Assembly (NCBI GenBank): GCA_052390515.1
Contig: JBQTGV010000014.1
Coordinates: forward strand, 1 to 53,577
Direction: 5' to 3'
From: Candidatus Eiseniibacteriota bacterium
Lineage (GTDB): Bacteria; ARS69
DNA length: 53,577 bases
The position numbers and the translations under genes were made by a program. The notes under the pieces are model-generated. The model saw only the letters and a list, made by a program, of their open reading frames with translations, was not told where the DNA came from and ran no database searches. This document shows, piece by piece, positions 21,312 through 33,084 of this stretch. Position 1 is the first letter of the stretch. Every line of letters starts with the position of its first letter.

Positions 21312-22448
21312 ATGAGCGCCTGGCGGATCGCGGGCGCCGTCGTGGCCTTCGCCGTCGTGGCTTTCGCCCCGGCGGTCTCGCGTGCCGCCGCGGAGCCTGC
21401 GGATCCGCACGCCATGGTGCACGGCATGGTGGTGTCCTGCCCCGGCGCGGGTCTCGAGTGGGGAACCGACGAGATGGTGCGGACCATGGAGACGCTCCGC
21501 GATCTCGGCGTGAACTGGATCGCGATCCACCCCTACGGAGACATCGCCGACGACGGGACGGTCGGGCGGGGACGCATCGACGCGATGTACCGCGACCCGT
21601 CCTGGCTGACGCGGCCGATCCGCGAGGCCCATCGGCTGGGGCTCAAGATCCACGTCACGCCGCATCTGGCGTACTGGGGATCGCGCTTCTCCTGGGCCGG
21701 CGAGATCGGCTTCGACGACGAGGAGTCGTGGCGGCGCTTTTTCACCGGCTACGAGGAGTGGCTGGTGCGCGTGGCTCGACTGGCGAAGGAGGCCGACGGG
21801 TTCAGCGTCGGCACCGAGCTGGACCGGACCGTTCACCGCGAGCCGGAATGGCGTGGGATCATCGCTCGGGTCCGGGACGAGATCGACGCGCCCCTCACGT
21901 ACTCGGCCGGCTGGGACTCGTACCGCCGCGTGCCGTTCTGGGACGCGCTCGACGCCGTCGGCGTGCAGGCCTACTTCCCGCTGGTGACGCACGAGGGCGT
22001 CCCCACCGACGAGGAGCTGGCCGCCGGCTGGGCCCGCGTCGTGAGGGAGCTCGAGGCCTTCGCGCGGGAGCGGAACCGGCGGGTCGTCCTCGGAGAGCTG
22101 GGCTACAACCGCTCGCTGCATGCGGCCGTCCGCCCCTGGGAGTACGAGCAGCACGAGGATCCGCGCGCCGCCGACCTGCAGCGACGCTGCCTGGACACCG
22201 CGCTCGGCACCCTCGCGGGCAGCTCGGAGATCGTCGGGGCGTTCCTGTGGAAGTGGTTCCCCGGCGAGCGCACGCGGCAACTTCCGGCAGTCGGCCCCGG
22301 AGCTGCGCGCCGTCATCCGCGAGAACTGGGGAGGCGCGGGCCGGCCGTCGGTCGAGGCGGTCGGCGCCGCCCGCTCCCGATGAGGGTCCGGCCGTTCGCG
22401 GGGGTGCGTCCAGGAACGCGTCCGAACCCTTTCGCCCATCCGGTGTGA
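21312..22448 (+). CDS. Secreted GH113-like TIM-barrel glycoside hydrolase, probable frameshift near 22272 (likely true stop 22383)
   Basis: Signal peptide; GTEL, TYSAGWD, FWDALDAVGVQAYFPL, GELGY, GAFLWKW motifs. The C-terminus continues in another frame. Confidence 0.75.
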   Translation: MSAWRIAGAVVAFAVVAFAPAVSRAAAEPADPHAMVHGMVVSCPGAGLEWGTDEMVRTMETLRDLGVNWIAIHPYGDIADDGTVGRGRIDAMYRDPSWLTRPIREAHRLGLKIHVTPHLAYWGSRFSWAGEIGFDDEESWRRFFTGYEEWLVRVARLAKEADGFSVGTELDRTVHREPEWRGIIARVRDEIDAPLTYSAGWDSYRRVPFWDALDAVGVQAYFPLVTHEGVPTDEELAAGWARVVRELEAFARERNRRVVLGELGYNRSLHAAVRPWEYEQHEDPRAADLQRRCLDTALGTLAGSSEIVGAFLWKWFPGERTRQLPAVGPGAARRHPRELGRRGPAVGRGGRRRPLPMRVRPFAGVRPGTRPNPFAHPV

Positions 22449-22520
22449 TAGAAGTCGTAGGTAGAGCGTCCCTCCCCGAACGGCGGGGAGCGCGGGAGAG
22501 CCCAGGAAGGAGCGCCTCCG

Positions 22521-23533
<1,013 letters not shown>

Positions 23534-23537
<4 letters not shown>

Positions 23538-24469
23538 GCCCGGGAGCGCCCCGCGACGTGCGCCACGCCGGATCCCGCGGCGAGGCGCGCTCCCTGCTGG
23601 ACGCCGCCACCGTCGCGCGGCTGGGTGCCATGGACGTGAAGGCGCGCAGCGTGGTGGAGGGGTTCGTCGCCGGGCTGCACAAGAGCCCGTACAAGGGCTT
23701 CAGCGTGGAGTTCGCCGAGCACCGCCAGTACATGCCCGGTGATCCGCTCAAGACCATCGACTGGAAGGTGTACGGCAGGTCGGACCGCTTCTACGTGAAG
23801 GAGTTCGAGGAGGAGACGAACCTCCGCGCGTACCTCGTGCTCGACGCCTCCGCGTCCATGGCTTTCGCCTCGGGCGAAGTCTCCAAGTTCGACTACGCGC
23901 GCTACCTGTCGGCCGCGCTGTCGTACCTGATGATCCGGCAGCAGGACTCCGTCGGCGTCCTGATCTTCGACCGCGAGATCCGCCGGTTCGTGCCGCCCCG
24001 CTCCGCGAGCCGCCATCTGCACGTGCTGCTCTCCGAGCTCGAGCAGGCTCGCCCGGCGTCGACCACCGGCCTCGCCGACACGCTGCACCGCTTGGCGGAG
24101 CGGGTGAAGCGGCGCGGTCTGGTCATCCTGCTCAGCGACCTGTTCGACGATCAGGACCGCGTGCTGTTCGCCCTGCGGCACTTCCGTCATCGCCGGAACG
24201 AGGTGATCGTCTTCCACGTGCTCGATCCCGCGGAACGGAAGTTCGAGTTCCAGCGCGAGGCCGTGTTCGAGGACATGGAGACGAAGGAGCGGATGCTGGT
24301 GCGGCCCTGGGAGATCCGCTCGGAGTACACCGACGCGGTGTCCCGCTGGATCGAGCGGTACCGGCGTACCTGCCGCGAGATCGGCGTGGACTATGTCCCC
24401 ATGCACACCGAGACGCCCTTCGACACCGCCCTGCTCGCGTACCTCGACAAGCGCAGCCGGCTCCTCTGA
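23534..24469 (+). CDS. DUF58 domain protein (MoxR-associated vWA-like)
   Basis: GLHKSPYKGFSVEFAEHRQYMPGD..IDWK, VKEFEEETN, DASASM. Confidence 0.92.
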
Positions 24470-24476
24470 GCTCCGC

Positions 24477-26573
24477 ATGACCTTCCTGAATCCGCTGCTC
24501 CTGGTAGGCCTCCTGGGCATGGCCGTGCCGGTGCTGATCCATCTGCTCAGCCGCCGGACCGCGCGCCAGGTGGAGTTCTCCTCGCTGGACTTCCTGCGCC
24601 GGCTGGAACGCCAGAGCCTCCGGCGCGTTCGCATCCGCCAGATCCTCTTGCTGATCGTGCGCATGGCCATCATCGCCTCGGTGTCCATGGCGATGGCCCG
24701 GCCGGCGCTGCTCTCCGCCCCGGGCGCAGGCGGGCGGGGGGCGACGTCGGCGGTCGTGGTGCTGGACGGCAGCCACTCCATGGGCGCGAAGGCCGGGGAG
24801 GGCACGCTCCTCGACGTCGCGCGCGGGCGAGCGCGCGAGGTCCTGGACACGTTCGAACAAGGCGACGAGGTCGTGCTGCTCGTCCCAGGGTCTCCGGTCC
24901 CGGTGCGCACCGAGGGCGTGCGCGACGTGGACCTCGTCCGCGAGCGCGTCGACGCGGTGTTTCCGGGCGGCGGCTACGGCGATCTCGCCGGCGCGGTCCG
25001 CGAGGCCGCGGTGGAGCTCTCCGGCGCGCGCCACCCCAACCGCGAGATCCACGTGCTCTCCGACTTCCAGCGGTCCGCCTGGGACGCGCTCGGCGAGGGC
25101 GGGGAGCTCGGCGAGGGGACGGCGCTGTTCCTGCTCCCGGTCGGGCGTGATCCCGTTCCGGAGAACGCCTGGGTCGAGAGCGTGGACTTCTCCGGGCAGA
25201 TCCTGGAGAAGGGCTCGCCGGTGGAGTTCCGCACCGTCGTGGCCTCGGGCCCGGGGTTCGGTCCGCGCGAGGTGGAGGTGGAGTTCGAGGTGGACGGCCG
25301 GATCGCCGACCGGAGGCGGATCGACCTCGCGCCGGAGTCACGCGTGGCGCTCACCTTCCGCGAGACGTTCGGCGAGGACGGACTGCACCTCGGCACGGTG
25401 CGGATCGCGGCGAACGACGCGCTGCCGGAGGACGACCAGCGCCGATTCTCGCTGCGGACCGCGCGCGCCGTCCCGGTGATGCTCGTCGCCGGACCCGGAT
25501 CGGCCGCGAGGTTCCTCACCATGGCGCTCGCTCCGGAGGGGGCGACGGCGGGCACGTTCTCGGTGCGCGCCGCCGAGCCGAGGGAGCTGGCGTCGGCGTC
25601 CCGTGAGCGCGAGTCGGTGGTGATCGTGGCCGACGTGGATCGCCTCGGGGAGGACGAACTCGCCGGGCTCAAGCGCTACCTCTCGGAAGGTGGGGGTCTG
25701 ATCGTCTTCCCGGGACCGGCGACCGACGCGCAGGCCTGGGGGCGCGGCTTCCTTCCGCGCTTCCTCCCCGGCACGTTCTCCGACCTCCTCGCGAACGAGG
25801 AGGGATTCGCCATCGGCCGCATGGATGCCACGCATCCGCTGTTCTCCGTGTTCGGCGAGGAGGAGAGCGCGCTCACGGAGATCCGCTTCACCAAGTCGCT
25901 GGTGCTCCGGCCCGGAGCCGGCACGGTCGTGCTCGCTTCGTACGCCGACGGCAACCCGGCGATCCTCGAGTCCTCGCTCCTGCCCGGCCGTGTGCTGTTC
26001 TTCACTTCCTCGCCGGATCCCTCGTGGAGCGACTTCCCGCTCACCGGAACGTTCCTGCCGCTGCTGCACGAGGCGGTGCGCTACCTGTCGGAGACGGGTA
26101 CCAAGGCCGCGGCCGAGGTGGCGGTGGGGGAAGGCGCCAGCGTCCGCGTGGCCGGCGCCGAGAGCGCCGGTCAGGTCACGCTCTCCTCGCCCCTCGGCGA
26201 AAGGCGCGCGGTGGCGCTCGAGACCGGGCCCGGCGGCTGGCGGCTCGTGCTTCCTCCCACGGACAAGCCCGGCTTCTGGACGTTCGAGTCGGCGCGCGGG
26301 GACACGCTCGCCGCGCTCGCCGCGAACATCGACGCGCGGGAGTCCGACCTGGCCCGGATCGACCCGGGGGAGGTCCGCGACGCGCTGGGCGGACGGCGCG
26401 CCGCGGTGCTCGAAGGCGGAGCGACGCTCGCCCGCGAGCTGCGCGAGGCGCGTCTCGGCCGCGAGATCGGGCGCTGGTTCCTGTGGGCTGCCGCGGCGCT
26501 GCTCGCCGCGGAGATGCTGCTGGCCGCGCGCCGGCCGGGCGAAGGCTCGCCTCCGGTGGGAGACGTTCCGTGA
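24477..26573 (+). CDS. BatA N-terminal / vWA domain membrane protein
   Basis: MTFLNP..L.GL...VPVLIHL (BatA), DGSHSM MIDAS, LSDFQ, WSDFP....F.PL, ESDL and a C-terminal TM. Confidence 0.85.
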   Translation: MTFLNPLLLVGLLGMAVPVLIHLLSRRTARQVEFSSLDFLRRLERQSLRRVRIRQILLLIVRMAIIASVSMAMARPALLSAPGAGGRGATSAVVVLDGSHSMGAKAGEGTLLDVARGRAREVLDTFEQGDEVVLLVPGSPVPVRTEGVRDVDLVRERVDAVFPGGGYGDLAGAVREAAVELSGARHPNREIHVLSDFQRSAWDALGEGGELGEGTALFLLPVGRDPVPENAWVESVDFSGQILEKGSPVEFRTVVASGPGFGPREVEVEFEVDGRIADRRRIDLAPESRVALTFRETFGEDGLHLGTVRIAANDALPEDDQRRFSLRTARAVPVMLVAGPGSAARFLTMALAPEGATAGTFSVRAAEPRELASASRERESVVIVADVDRLGEDELAGLKRYLSEGGGLIVFPGPATDAQAWGRGFLPRFLPGTFSDLLANEEGFAIGRMDATHPLFSVFGEEESALTEIRFTKSLVLRPGAGTVVLASYADGNPAILESSLLPGRVLFFTSSPDPSWSDFPLTGTFLPLLHEAVRYLSETGTKAAAEVAVGEGASVRVAGAESAGQVTLSSPLGERRAVALETGPGGWRLVLPPTDKPGFWTFESARGDTLAALAANIDARESDLARIDPGEVRDALGGRRAAVLEGGATLARELREARLGREIGRWFLWAAAALLAAEMLLAARRPGEGSPPVGDVP

Positions 26574-29500
26574 CCTCGCTCGCCCGGATCCTCGCCGCGG
26601 TCGGGTCCGACGGAGCGGTGCAGGGCGCCTTCGCCGACCTCGAGCGGGACGGGGAGGCCGCGCTGGTCGGGCTGGCCTGCTCGGCGAAGGCGATGGCCAT
26701 CGCCGCGTTGCACACCGGCGGCGCGCGCCCCGTGCTCGTCGTGGTGCCCACGCAAGAAGAGGCCGAGGCCCTGCTCGGCGACCTGGAGATCTGCCTCGGC
26801 GAGGAGCGCGTGCGCTTCTTCCCCGAGTCAGAGGTCATCCCTTACGATCGGCGCTCGCCGCACGTGGGGCTCCTGGGCGAACGGGTCGCGGCGCTCGCCG
26901 CGCTCGCCGACGGCGAGGACGCGGTCACCATCAGCACCGCTCTCGCGTTCGCCGGACGGCTGCCCGGACCGGCGGACTTCGCGCGCGCGCGCTTCGGGCT
27001 GTCCGTCGGCGACGCGATCGGGCTCGAGGAGATCGCCGCGCGGCTCGCGGCCCGAGGCTTCCGCGCCGAACGACTGGTGGAGGAGATCGGCTCGTTCGCC
27101 GTGCGTGGCGGGCTCGTCGACTTCTATCCGTTCGGCAGGCCGCATCCGGTTCGCGTGGAGCTGGCCGGTGACGAGATCGAGTCGATCCGCAGCTTCGATC
27201 CGGCATCCCAGCGCACGGTGGAGCATCTTCGCCGGGTCGACGTGCTGCCGCAGCGCGAGCTGCTTCTGGACGCGGACACCGTCCGAGCGGCACGTGAGCG
27301 CGGCGATCTTCCCTTCGACGAGGATGCGGATCCATTCGTCGACGGGGTGGAGTTCTGGCTTCCGCGTTTCCATCCCGCAGGTGCGACCCTGCTCGATCAC
27401 TTCGCCGCGCGCGGGGCGGTGGTGCTCGACGAGCCCGGACGCATCGAGGCGCGCATCGACGAGAACTGGATCGCGGCGAGCCACGCGCACGCGGAGCTGA
27501 CCGCGCGCGGGCACCGCCCGCCGTCCCCCGGTGAGTTGTTCCTGGACCGCAGCACGGCGGCGAAGGCGGCCGCGGGGCGCGCCACGCTGCGGCTGTCGCT
27601 CTTCGCCGGGGAGAGCGATCGCCGCGCGCTGTCGGACGGAGCCCGGGGCGACGCGGCGGGAGCGACGGAGCCGCGCCGCATCCGGGTCACCTCGCAGGAG
27701 ACGTTCCGCGGCAGCTTCGCCGTGCTCCGCGAGCGCCTGCGCGAGACGCTCGACACCGGCAGCGAGGTGCACCTGCTCTGCGACAACCTCGGGCAGGCGA
27801 ACCGGCTGCAGGAGATGCTCGAGGAGTTGGCCGAACGGATCCGCATCGAGGTGGCGCCCCTGCGCAGCGGGTTCTCGCTGCCAGACCACGGCCTGATGGT
27901 GCTCACCGACCACGAGCTCTTCGCGCGCACCGGCCGCCGCTACCGCGCCTTCCGCCACGGCGGCGGCGCGCCCATCCACGACTACTCCTCGCTCAAGCGC
28001 GGCGACTACGTCGTCCACGTGGACCACGGGATCGGCCGCTACGACGGCATCCACCGGATCGCGACGGGCGGCACCGAGACGGAGTGCCTCCTGCTGCGCT
28101 ACCAGGACGACGCGCGCATCTACGTGCCCGTCGATCAGATCAACCTGGTGCAGAAGTACGTCGGCGGTGAGTCGGGCGCGCCTCCTAACGTGGCCCGGCT
28201 GGGCACGGCGCAGTGGGAGAGGACCAAGGCGAGGGCGCGGCGCGCGGTCGAGAAGATGGCCAAGGAGCTGCTCGAGGTGCACGCCGCGCGGGCCTCGCGG
28301 AAGGGCCACGCGTTCCCTCCGGACGGCGAGTGGCAGCGGGAGATGGAGGCTTCGTTCATCTACGAGGAAACGCCGGACCAGCGCCGCTCCACCGACCAAG
28401 TCAAGGCGGACATGATGTCCGACCGGCCCATGGACCGGCTGGTCTGCGGCGATGTCGGCTACGGCAAGACCGAGGTCGCGATCCGCGCCGCGTTCAAGGC
28501 GGTGGCCGACGGCAAGCAGGTCGCCGTGCTGGTCCCCACCACGATTCTCGCGCGACAGCACCTGGACACGTTCCGGGAGCGGCTGCGGCAGTACCCGGTG
28601 CGCGTGGACATGCTCTCCCGCTTCCGCGGACCGAAGGAGCAGAAGGAGACCGTGCGCAAACTGAAGGTCGGCGAGGTCGACATCCTCATCGGAACGCACC
28701 GCATTCTCTCCCGCGATGTGGAATTCCGGGACCTCGGGCTCGTCGTGGTGGATGAGGAGCAGCGTTTCGGCGTGAAGCACAAGGAGCGTCTCAAGGAGCT
28801 CCGCAAGATGGTGGACGTGCTCACGCTCACGGCCACGCCGATCCCGCGCACGCTCAACATGGCGCTGGTCGGGCTCCGCGAGATCTCGGTGATCGAGACT
28901 CCGCCGCCCAACAAACTGCCCATCGTCACCGAGGTGGTGGAGACTTCGGACGACATCGTGAAGAAGGCCATCCTCCGCGAGATCCAGCGCGGCGGGCAGG
29001 TGTTCTTCGTGCACAACCGTGTGCAGTCCATCGAGGCGATGTCCTCCCGCCTGCGGGAGCTGCTTCCCGAAGTGCGCTTCGACGTGGCGCACGGGCAGAT
29101 GCCCGAGCGAATGCTGGAGCAGGTGATGATGGACTTCCTGGAGCGCAAGAGCGACGTGCTCGTGTCCACCATGATCATCGAGTCCGGCCTGGATCTGCCC
29201 AACGTGAACACCATCCTGATCAACCGGGCGGACACCTACGGACTCGCTCAGCTCTACCAGCTGCGCGGGCGCGTGGGCCGCTCGAATCATCGCGCGTTCG
29301 CCCATCTGCTCGTCCCGGCGGGCGCCGCGCTCTCCGACGTCGCGCGCAAACGGCTCCGCGCCATCGAGGAGTTCTCGGAGCTGGGCTCCGGGTTCCGGCT
29401 GGCCATGCGCGACATGGAGATCCGAGGTGCCGGCAACTTTCTCGGCCCGGAGCAGTCCGGGCACATGGAGCTGGTCGGCTACGACCTCTACTGCCAGATG

Positions 29501-30025
29501 TTGCGGGAGGCGATCGCCGACCTGCGCGGCGAAGAGCGCCCCGCCGAGCGGATCCGCAGCGAGATGGACGTGGAGCTCGACGCGTACCTTCCGGAGGAGT
29601 ACGTCTCCGATGCCGACCAGCGCATCCGTATCTACAAGCGGCTGGCCGACCTCGGCGACCTCGCCGCGCTGGCCACGCTGTCCGCGGAGCTGCGCGACCG
29701 CTTCGGCCGTCTTCCCGAGGCCGCGGCGAGTCTCCTCCGCCTCAAGGAGCTGCGCCTGCTCGCCGAGGACGCGGGCGTGGAGTACCTCAGGCATCGGGAC
29801 GACGGCGCGCTGGTCCGCTTCGTCGCCGGGCGGGAGCCGGCGCGCGAGGCCTTGCACGCGCTCGTCGCCGCGGTTCCCGCACGGCTCTCGTTCCAGGCCG
29901 ACGGGCACGTTGGGTTGCGCATCCTGCTGTCCGACGCCGAGGGCTCTCTCCTCGACGCGACCGCCACCCTCTTGCGAGCCTGCGCCTCCTCTGTTAGCTT
30001 GATTCCCTCGCAAGTTGTGAACTGA
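26570..30025 (+). CDS. mfd: Transcription-repair coupling factor Mfd
   Basis: GDYVVHVDHGIGRY, PMDRLVCGDVGYGKTEVA, DEEQRFGV, TATPIPRTL, LYQLRGRVGRS, RDMEIRGAG. Confidence 0.96.
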   Translation: MTSLARILAAVGSDGAVQGAFADLERDGEAALVGLACSAKAMAIAALHTGGARPVLVVVPTQEEAEALLGDLEICLGEERVRFFPESEVIPYDRRSPHVGLLGERVAALAALADGEDAVTISTALAFAGRLPGPADFARARFGLSVGDAIGLEEIAARLAARGFRAERLVEEIGSFAVRGGLVDFYPFGRPHPVRVELAGDEIESIRSFDPASQRTVEHLRRVDVLPQRELLLDADTVRAARERGDLPFDEDADPFVDGVEFWLPRFHPAGATLLDHFAARGAVVLDEPGRIEARIDENWIAASHAHAELTARGHRPPSPGELFLDRSTAAKAAAGRATLRLSLFAGESDRRALSDGARGDAAGATEPRRIRVTSQETFRGSFAVLRERLRETLDTGSEVHLLCDNLGQANRLQEMLEELAERIRIEVAPLRSGFSLPDHGLMVLTDHELFARTGRRYRAFRHGGGAPIHDYSSLKRGDYVVHVDHGIGRYDGIHRIATGGTETECLLLRYQDDARIYVPVDQINLVQKYVGGESGAPPNVARLGTAQWERTKARARRAVEKMAKELLEVHAARASRKGHAFPPDGEWQREMEASFIYEETPDQRRSTDQVKADMMSDRPMDRLVCGDVGYGKTEVAIRAAFKAVADGKQVAVLVPTTILARQHLDTFRERLRQYPVRVDMLSRFRGPKEQKETVRKLKVGEVDILIGTHRILSRDVEFRDLGLVVVDEEQRFGVKHKERLKELRKMVDVLTLTATPIPRTLNMALVGLREISVIETPPPNKLPIVTEVVETSDDIVKKAILREIQRGGQVFFVHNRVQSIEAMSSRLRELLPEVRFDVAHGQMPERMLEQVMMDFLERKSDVLVSTMIIESGLDLPNVNTILINRADTYGLAQLYQLRGRVGRSNHRAFAHLLVPAGAALSDVARKRLRAIEEFSELGSGFRLAMRDMEIRGAGNFLGPEQSGHMELVGYDLYCQMLREAIADLRGEERPAERIRSEMDVELDAYLPEEYVSDADQRIRIYKRLADLGDLAALATLSAELRDRFGRLPEAAASLLRLKELRLLAEDAGVEYLRHRDDGALVRFVAGREPAREALHALVAAVPARLSFQADGHVGLRILLSDAEGSLLDATATLLRACASSVSLIPSQVVN
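29972..30000 (+). promoter_or_regulatory. Putative sigma70 promoter inside the mfd 3' end
   Basis: TTGCGA-17 nt-TAGCTT with TG extension, 48 nt before the PPIase start. Confidence 0.5.
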
Positions 30026-30048
30026 CCGCGGAAAGAAGGAAAGAAACC

Positions 30049-31776
30049 TTGGCCCATACATTCGCCAGAGGGCTCGTCGGAGCGGCCGCCGCGCTCGCGC
30101 TCACGGGATGTGGCGGCGGGGGCGGCGCCAAGAACGACCAGGACAAGGTCGTCGCCAAGAGCGGGGATGTGGTCGTGACCTTGGCCGGCTTCCACGACGC
30201 CTACAACAAGATCACGCCGAACTTCCGTCCGGACATCACCACGCTGGAGGGTCGCCGCGGCTTCGCGAGCGACCTCGTGAATCGCGGCATCCTGCTCGCC
30301 GAGGGCGAGCGCATGGGCGGGATTACCGACCCCGCCATCCTCACCGCGATCGATCAGAACCGCGACGGGAACATGCTGACCGTGCTGTACCGCCAGGAGG
30401 TCGAGGCCAAGGTGGAGGTCCTCGGGCAGGAAGTCGCCGACATTCACGAGAAGCGCAAGGTGAACGTGAAGATGCAGCACATCCTCGTCGAGGACACGGC
30501 CACGGCAAGCCGCATCCGCGAAGAGATCACCTCCGGGAAGATCTCCTTCGAGGACGCCGCGCGGAAGTACTCGCTGGACCGCAACTCGTCCAAGCAGGGC
30601 GGGGCCCTCGGAGAGGTCCTGTGGTCGCTGAACCTGCCGTCCTTCCAGGTGAAGGCGTTCGAACTCGAGCCAGGTACCGTCTCCGAGCCGATCGAGTCGG
30701 ACATCGGCGTTCACCTCGTGCGCGTGACCGAGCGCGTGCAGCCGGAGCTCGCCACGCTGGAGGAGCTGCGTCCCGCGCTCCGCGCCGACGTGCGCAAGCA
30801 GAAGGAAGCCATCCGCATGCGCGAGTACGTCGCCGAGCTGGAGGCCAAAGCCGGACTGACCTGGAACGACGCGGGCCTGGAGCAGCTCCTCGACCTGATC
30901 GAAGAGGAGTCGAAAGAGGACATCGACACCATTCCGGCCGAGCGCCAGTACATGCCGAGGCCCACGGACGAGCAGCGGGCGGTCGAGCTGGCCCGTTTCG
31001 ACGGCCGGGCCTGGACCATCGGCGACTTCGAGAACGCGTATGCCCAGCAGCCGCCGCAGTTCCGCCTCGCGAGCCGCGTTCCCCTGAAGGGTCTTCGCGA
31101 GCTGATCCGTACGACCCAGCTGCAGACGGAGATCCTCAAGAAGGAGGCGCTCGCGCGCGGGCTGGACAAGGACGAGGAGATCCAGTCCAAGCGCGACCGC
31201 CTTTACGAGCAGATCCTCATCGAGCAGGTGCACAACCGCTTCGTCCAGGCGGCGGACGTTCCCGTCGAGGAAGTGCGGGCGATGTACGACTCGGTCATGA
31301 CGGTCAGTCCGGAGACCATGACCGTACCCGAGCGCGTGGACATGGTGGTGCTGGTCCACACCGACGTGGACGTCGTGGAGGAGGGCCTCCGCCGGATCCG
31401 CGCGGGCGAGCCCGAGGAGACGGTCATCTCCGAGCTGACGCTGGACTTCCGGACCAAGGCGAAGGGCGGGCGGACCGGCCTGATCGCGCGGGGCAACTAC
31501 TCCCCCCAGATCGAGGACGAGGCCTTCCAGCGCCGCCCCGAGCAGGGCTGGTCGAGGCCCATCGTCGCGGATTCGGGAACCGGAGCGATCCGCGTGATCT
31601 CGCGCGAGGCTCCCCGCCCGGCGACGTTCGAGGAGTTGAAGGATCAGCTGACCCAGTCCCTGGCCACGGCCCGGGGAGAGGCCGCGTTCGAGGAATGGCT
31701 CAAGCAGGAGCGCGACGAGCGCGGAGTCGAGATCCACGACGAGGTGCTGCAGCTGATCGGTCAGCCGGTGTCGTGA
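30049..31776 (+). CDS. Parvulin-type peptidyl-prolyl isomerase lipoprotein (two PpiC-like domains)
   Basis: Lipobox LALTGC; HILV...FEDAARKYSLD..S..QGG.LG...VSEPIESDIGVHLV; degenerate second parvulin domain. Confidence 0.85.
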   Translation: MAHTFARGLVGAAAALALTGCGGGGGAKNDQDKVVAKSGDVVVTLAGFHDAYNKITPNFRPDITTLEGRRGFASDLVNRGILLAEGERMGGITDPAILTAIDQNRDGNMLTVLYRQEVEAKVEVLGQEVADIHEKRKVNVKMQHILVEDTATASRIREEITSGKISFEDAARKYSLDRNSSKQGGALGEVLWSLNLPSFQVKAFELEPGTVSEPIESDIGVHLVRVTERVQPELATLEELRPALRADVRKQKEAIRMREYVAELEAKAGLTWNDAGLEQLLDLIEEESKEDIDTIPAERQYMPRPTDEQRAVELARFDGRAWTIGDFENAYAQQPPQFRLASRVPLKGLRELIRTTQLQTEILKKEALARGLDKDEEIQSKRDRLYEQILIEQVHNRFVQAADVPVEEVRAMYDSVMTVSPETMTVPERVDMVVLVHTDVDVVEEGLRRIRAGEPEETVISELTLDFRTKAKGGRTGLIARGNYSPQIEDEAFQRRPEQGWSRPIVADSGTGAIRVISREAPRPATFEELKDQLTQSLATARGEAAFEEWLKQERDERGVEIHDEVLQLIGQPVS

Positions 31777-33083
31777 CCCGCATGGCGAGGAGTGCGGCGC
31801 GGGCCGGAATCGCCGGCACTCTGGTGCTGGCGGCGGCGGTCGTCGCGCGCTCCGAGCTCGTGGATCGCATCGTCGCGGTGGTCGGGGAGGAGCCCATCCT
31901 CCTCTCCGAGGTCGACGAGGAAGTGTATCTCGCGCGGCTTCGCAGCGACCTGGACCTCGCCGACTCCGCCGCAGTCGCGGAGCTGCGGGCCGAGGTCCTG
32001 GAGTCCAAGATCGAGGAGCGGATCCTCGTCGAGAAGGCTCGCACCGAGGGGATCCAGGTTTCCCGGGAAGAGGTGGACGAGGCCGTCGACCGCATGGTCG
32101 CGGACATCCGCGGGCGCTTCCGCACCGAGGAGGCGTTCCAGGAGCAGCTGGCCCAGGAGGGGATGAACCTCGCCGACCTGACCCGCCTGTACCGGCCGCG
32201 CGTCGAGGAACAGATGCTCGTGCGCCAGCTCATGGATCGGCTGGTCCGCAGCCGTGTCTCGGTCGAGGAGCGGGACATCCGCAAGTACTGGGAGGAGAAC
32301 TCGGCCAGCATCGCCCAGGTACCGGCGGCGCTGGAGCTGCGCCGCATCCTGGTGAGCCTCGGATCCACCGGTGCGGTGGACAGCGCGGCGGTGGAACGCG
32401 CCGAGATCGTCCGGAGGCGCCTGGAGAGCGGCGAGGACTTCGCCACGCTGGCCTCGGTCTTCTCCGAGGGGCCGACCGCGGCCAAGGGCGGCGACATCGG
32501 ATGGTTCCGCGCCGCCGATCTCGAGCCGCGTCTCGCCGAGGCCGTCGAAGGACTCGCGCCGGGAGACGTCTCCGAGGTGCTGGTCACCGACCGTGGCGCT
32601 CACATCCTGCAAGTCGCCGAGCGACGCGGAAAGGACGAGGTCCGCTTGCGGCAGATCATCTTCCTCCGCGACGAGGAAGCGGCGCGCGCCTCGGCCCGCG
32701 CCCGCGCGGAGTCGATCCGCTCCCGGCTCGAAGGCGGCGCCGACTTCGCGGAACTGGCGGAGGCCGAGTCGGACGACCCGGTCACGCGCGGCGCCGGTGG
32801 ATACCTGGGCAGTGTTCCCGTCGAGGCGCTGGCTCCCTCGTTCCGCACCCAGCTCGAGTCGCTCTCCGAGGACGAGGTCTCCGCCATCATCGAGGACGAA
32901 GAGGGCTTCTCCATCTTCCGGCTGGATGGCCGGGAGGGCGAGCGCGCCGCCTCCTTCGAGGACGTCCACGACCGCATCGCCGAGCTCCTGCAGCAACAGC
33001 GCGCCCAGGAGATCTATCAGGAAGTCCTGGCGGAGGCCCGAGCGAGCACCTTCGTGGAGAACCGGCTCGCTGCCGGCAGCTGA
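31773..33083 (+). CDS. surA: SurA-like periplasmic chaperone/PPIase
   Basis: VDRIVAVVGEEPILLSEV N-domain and two parvulin domains (GEDFATLA...GGDIGWF; GADFAELA...GGYLG). Upstream of pdxA. Start 31773 or 31782. Confidence 0.85.
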   Translation: MTRMARSAARAGIAGTLVLAAAVVARSELVDRIVAVVGEEPILLSEVDEEVYLARLRSDLDLADSAAVAELRAEVLESKIEERILVEKARTEGIQVSREEVDEAVDRMVADIRGRFRTEEAFQEQLAQEGMNLADLTRLYRPRVEEQMLVRQLMDRLVRSRVSVEERDIRKYWEENSASIAQVPAALELRRILVSLGSTGAVDSAAVERAEIVRRRLESGEDFATLASVFSEGPTAAKGGDIGWFRAADLEPRLAEAVEGLAPGDVSEVLVTDRGAHILQVAERRGKDEVRLRQIIFLRDEEAARASARARAESIRSRLEGGADFAELAEAESDDPVTRGAGGYLGSVPVEALAPSFRTQLESLSEDEVSAIIEDEEGFSIFRLDGREGERAASFEDVHDRIAELLQQQRAQEIYQEVLAEARASTFVENRLAAGS

Positions 33084-33084
33084 C

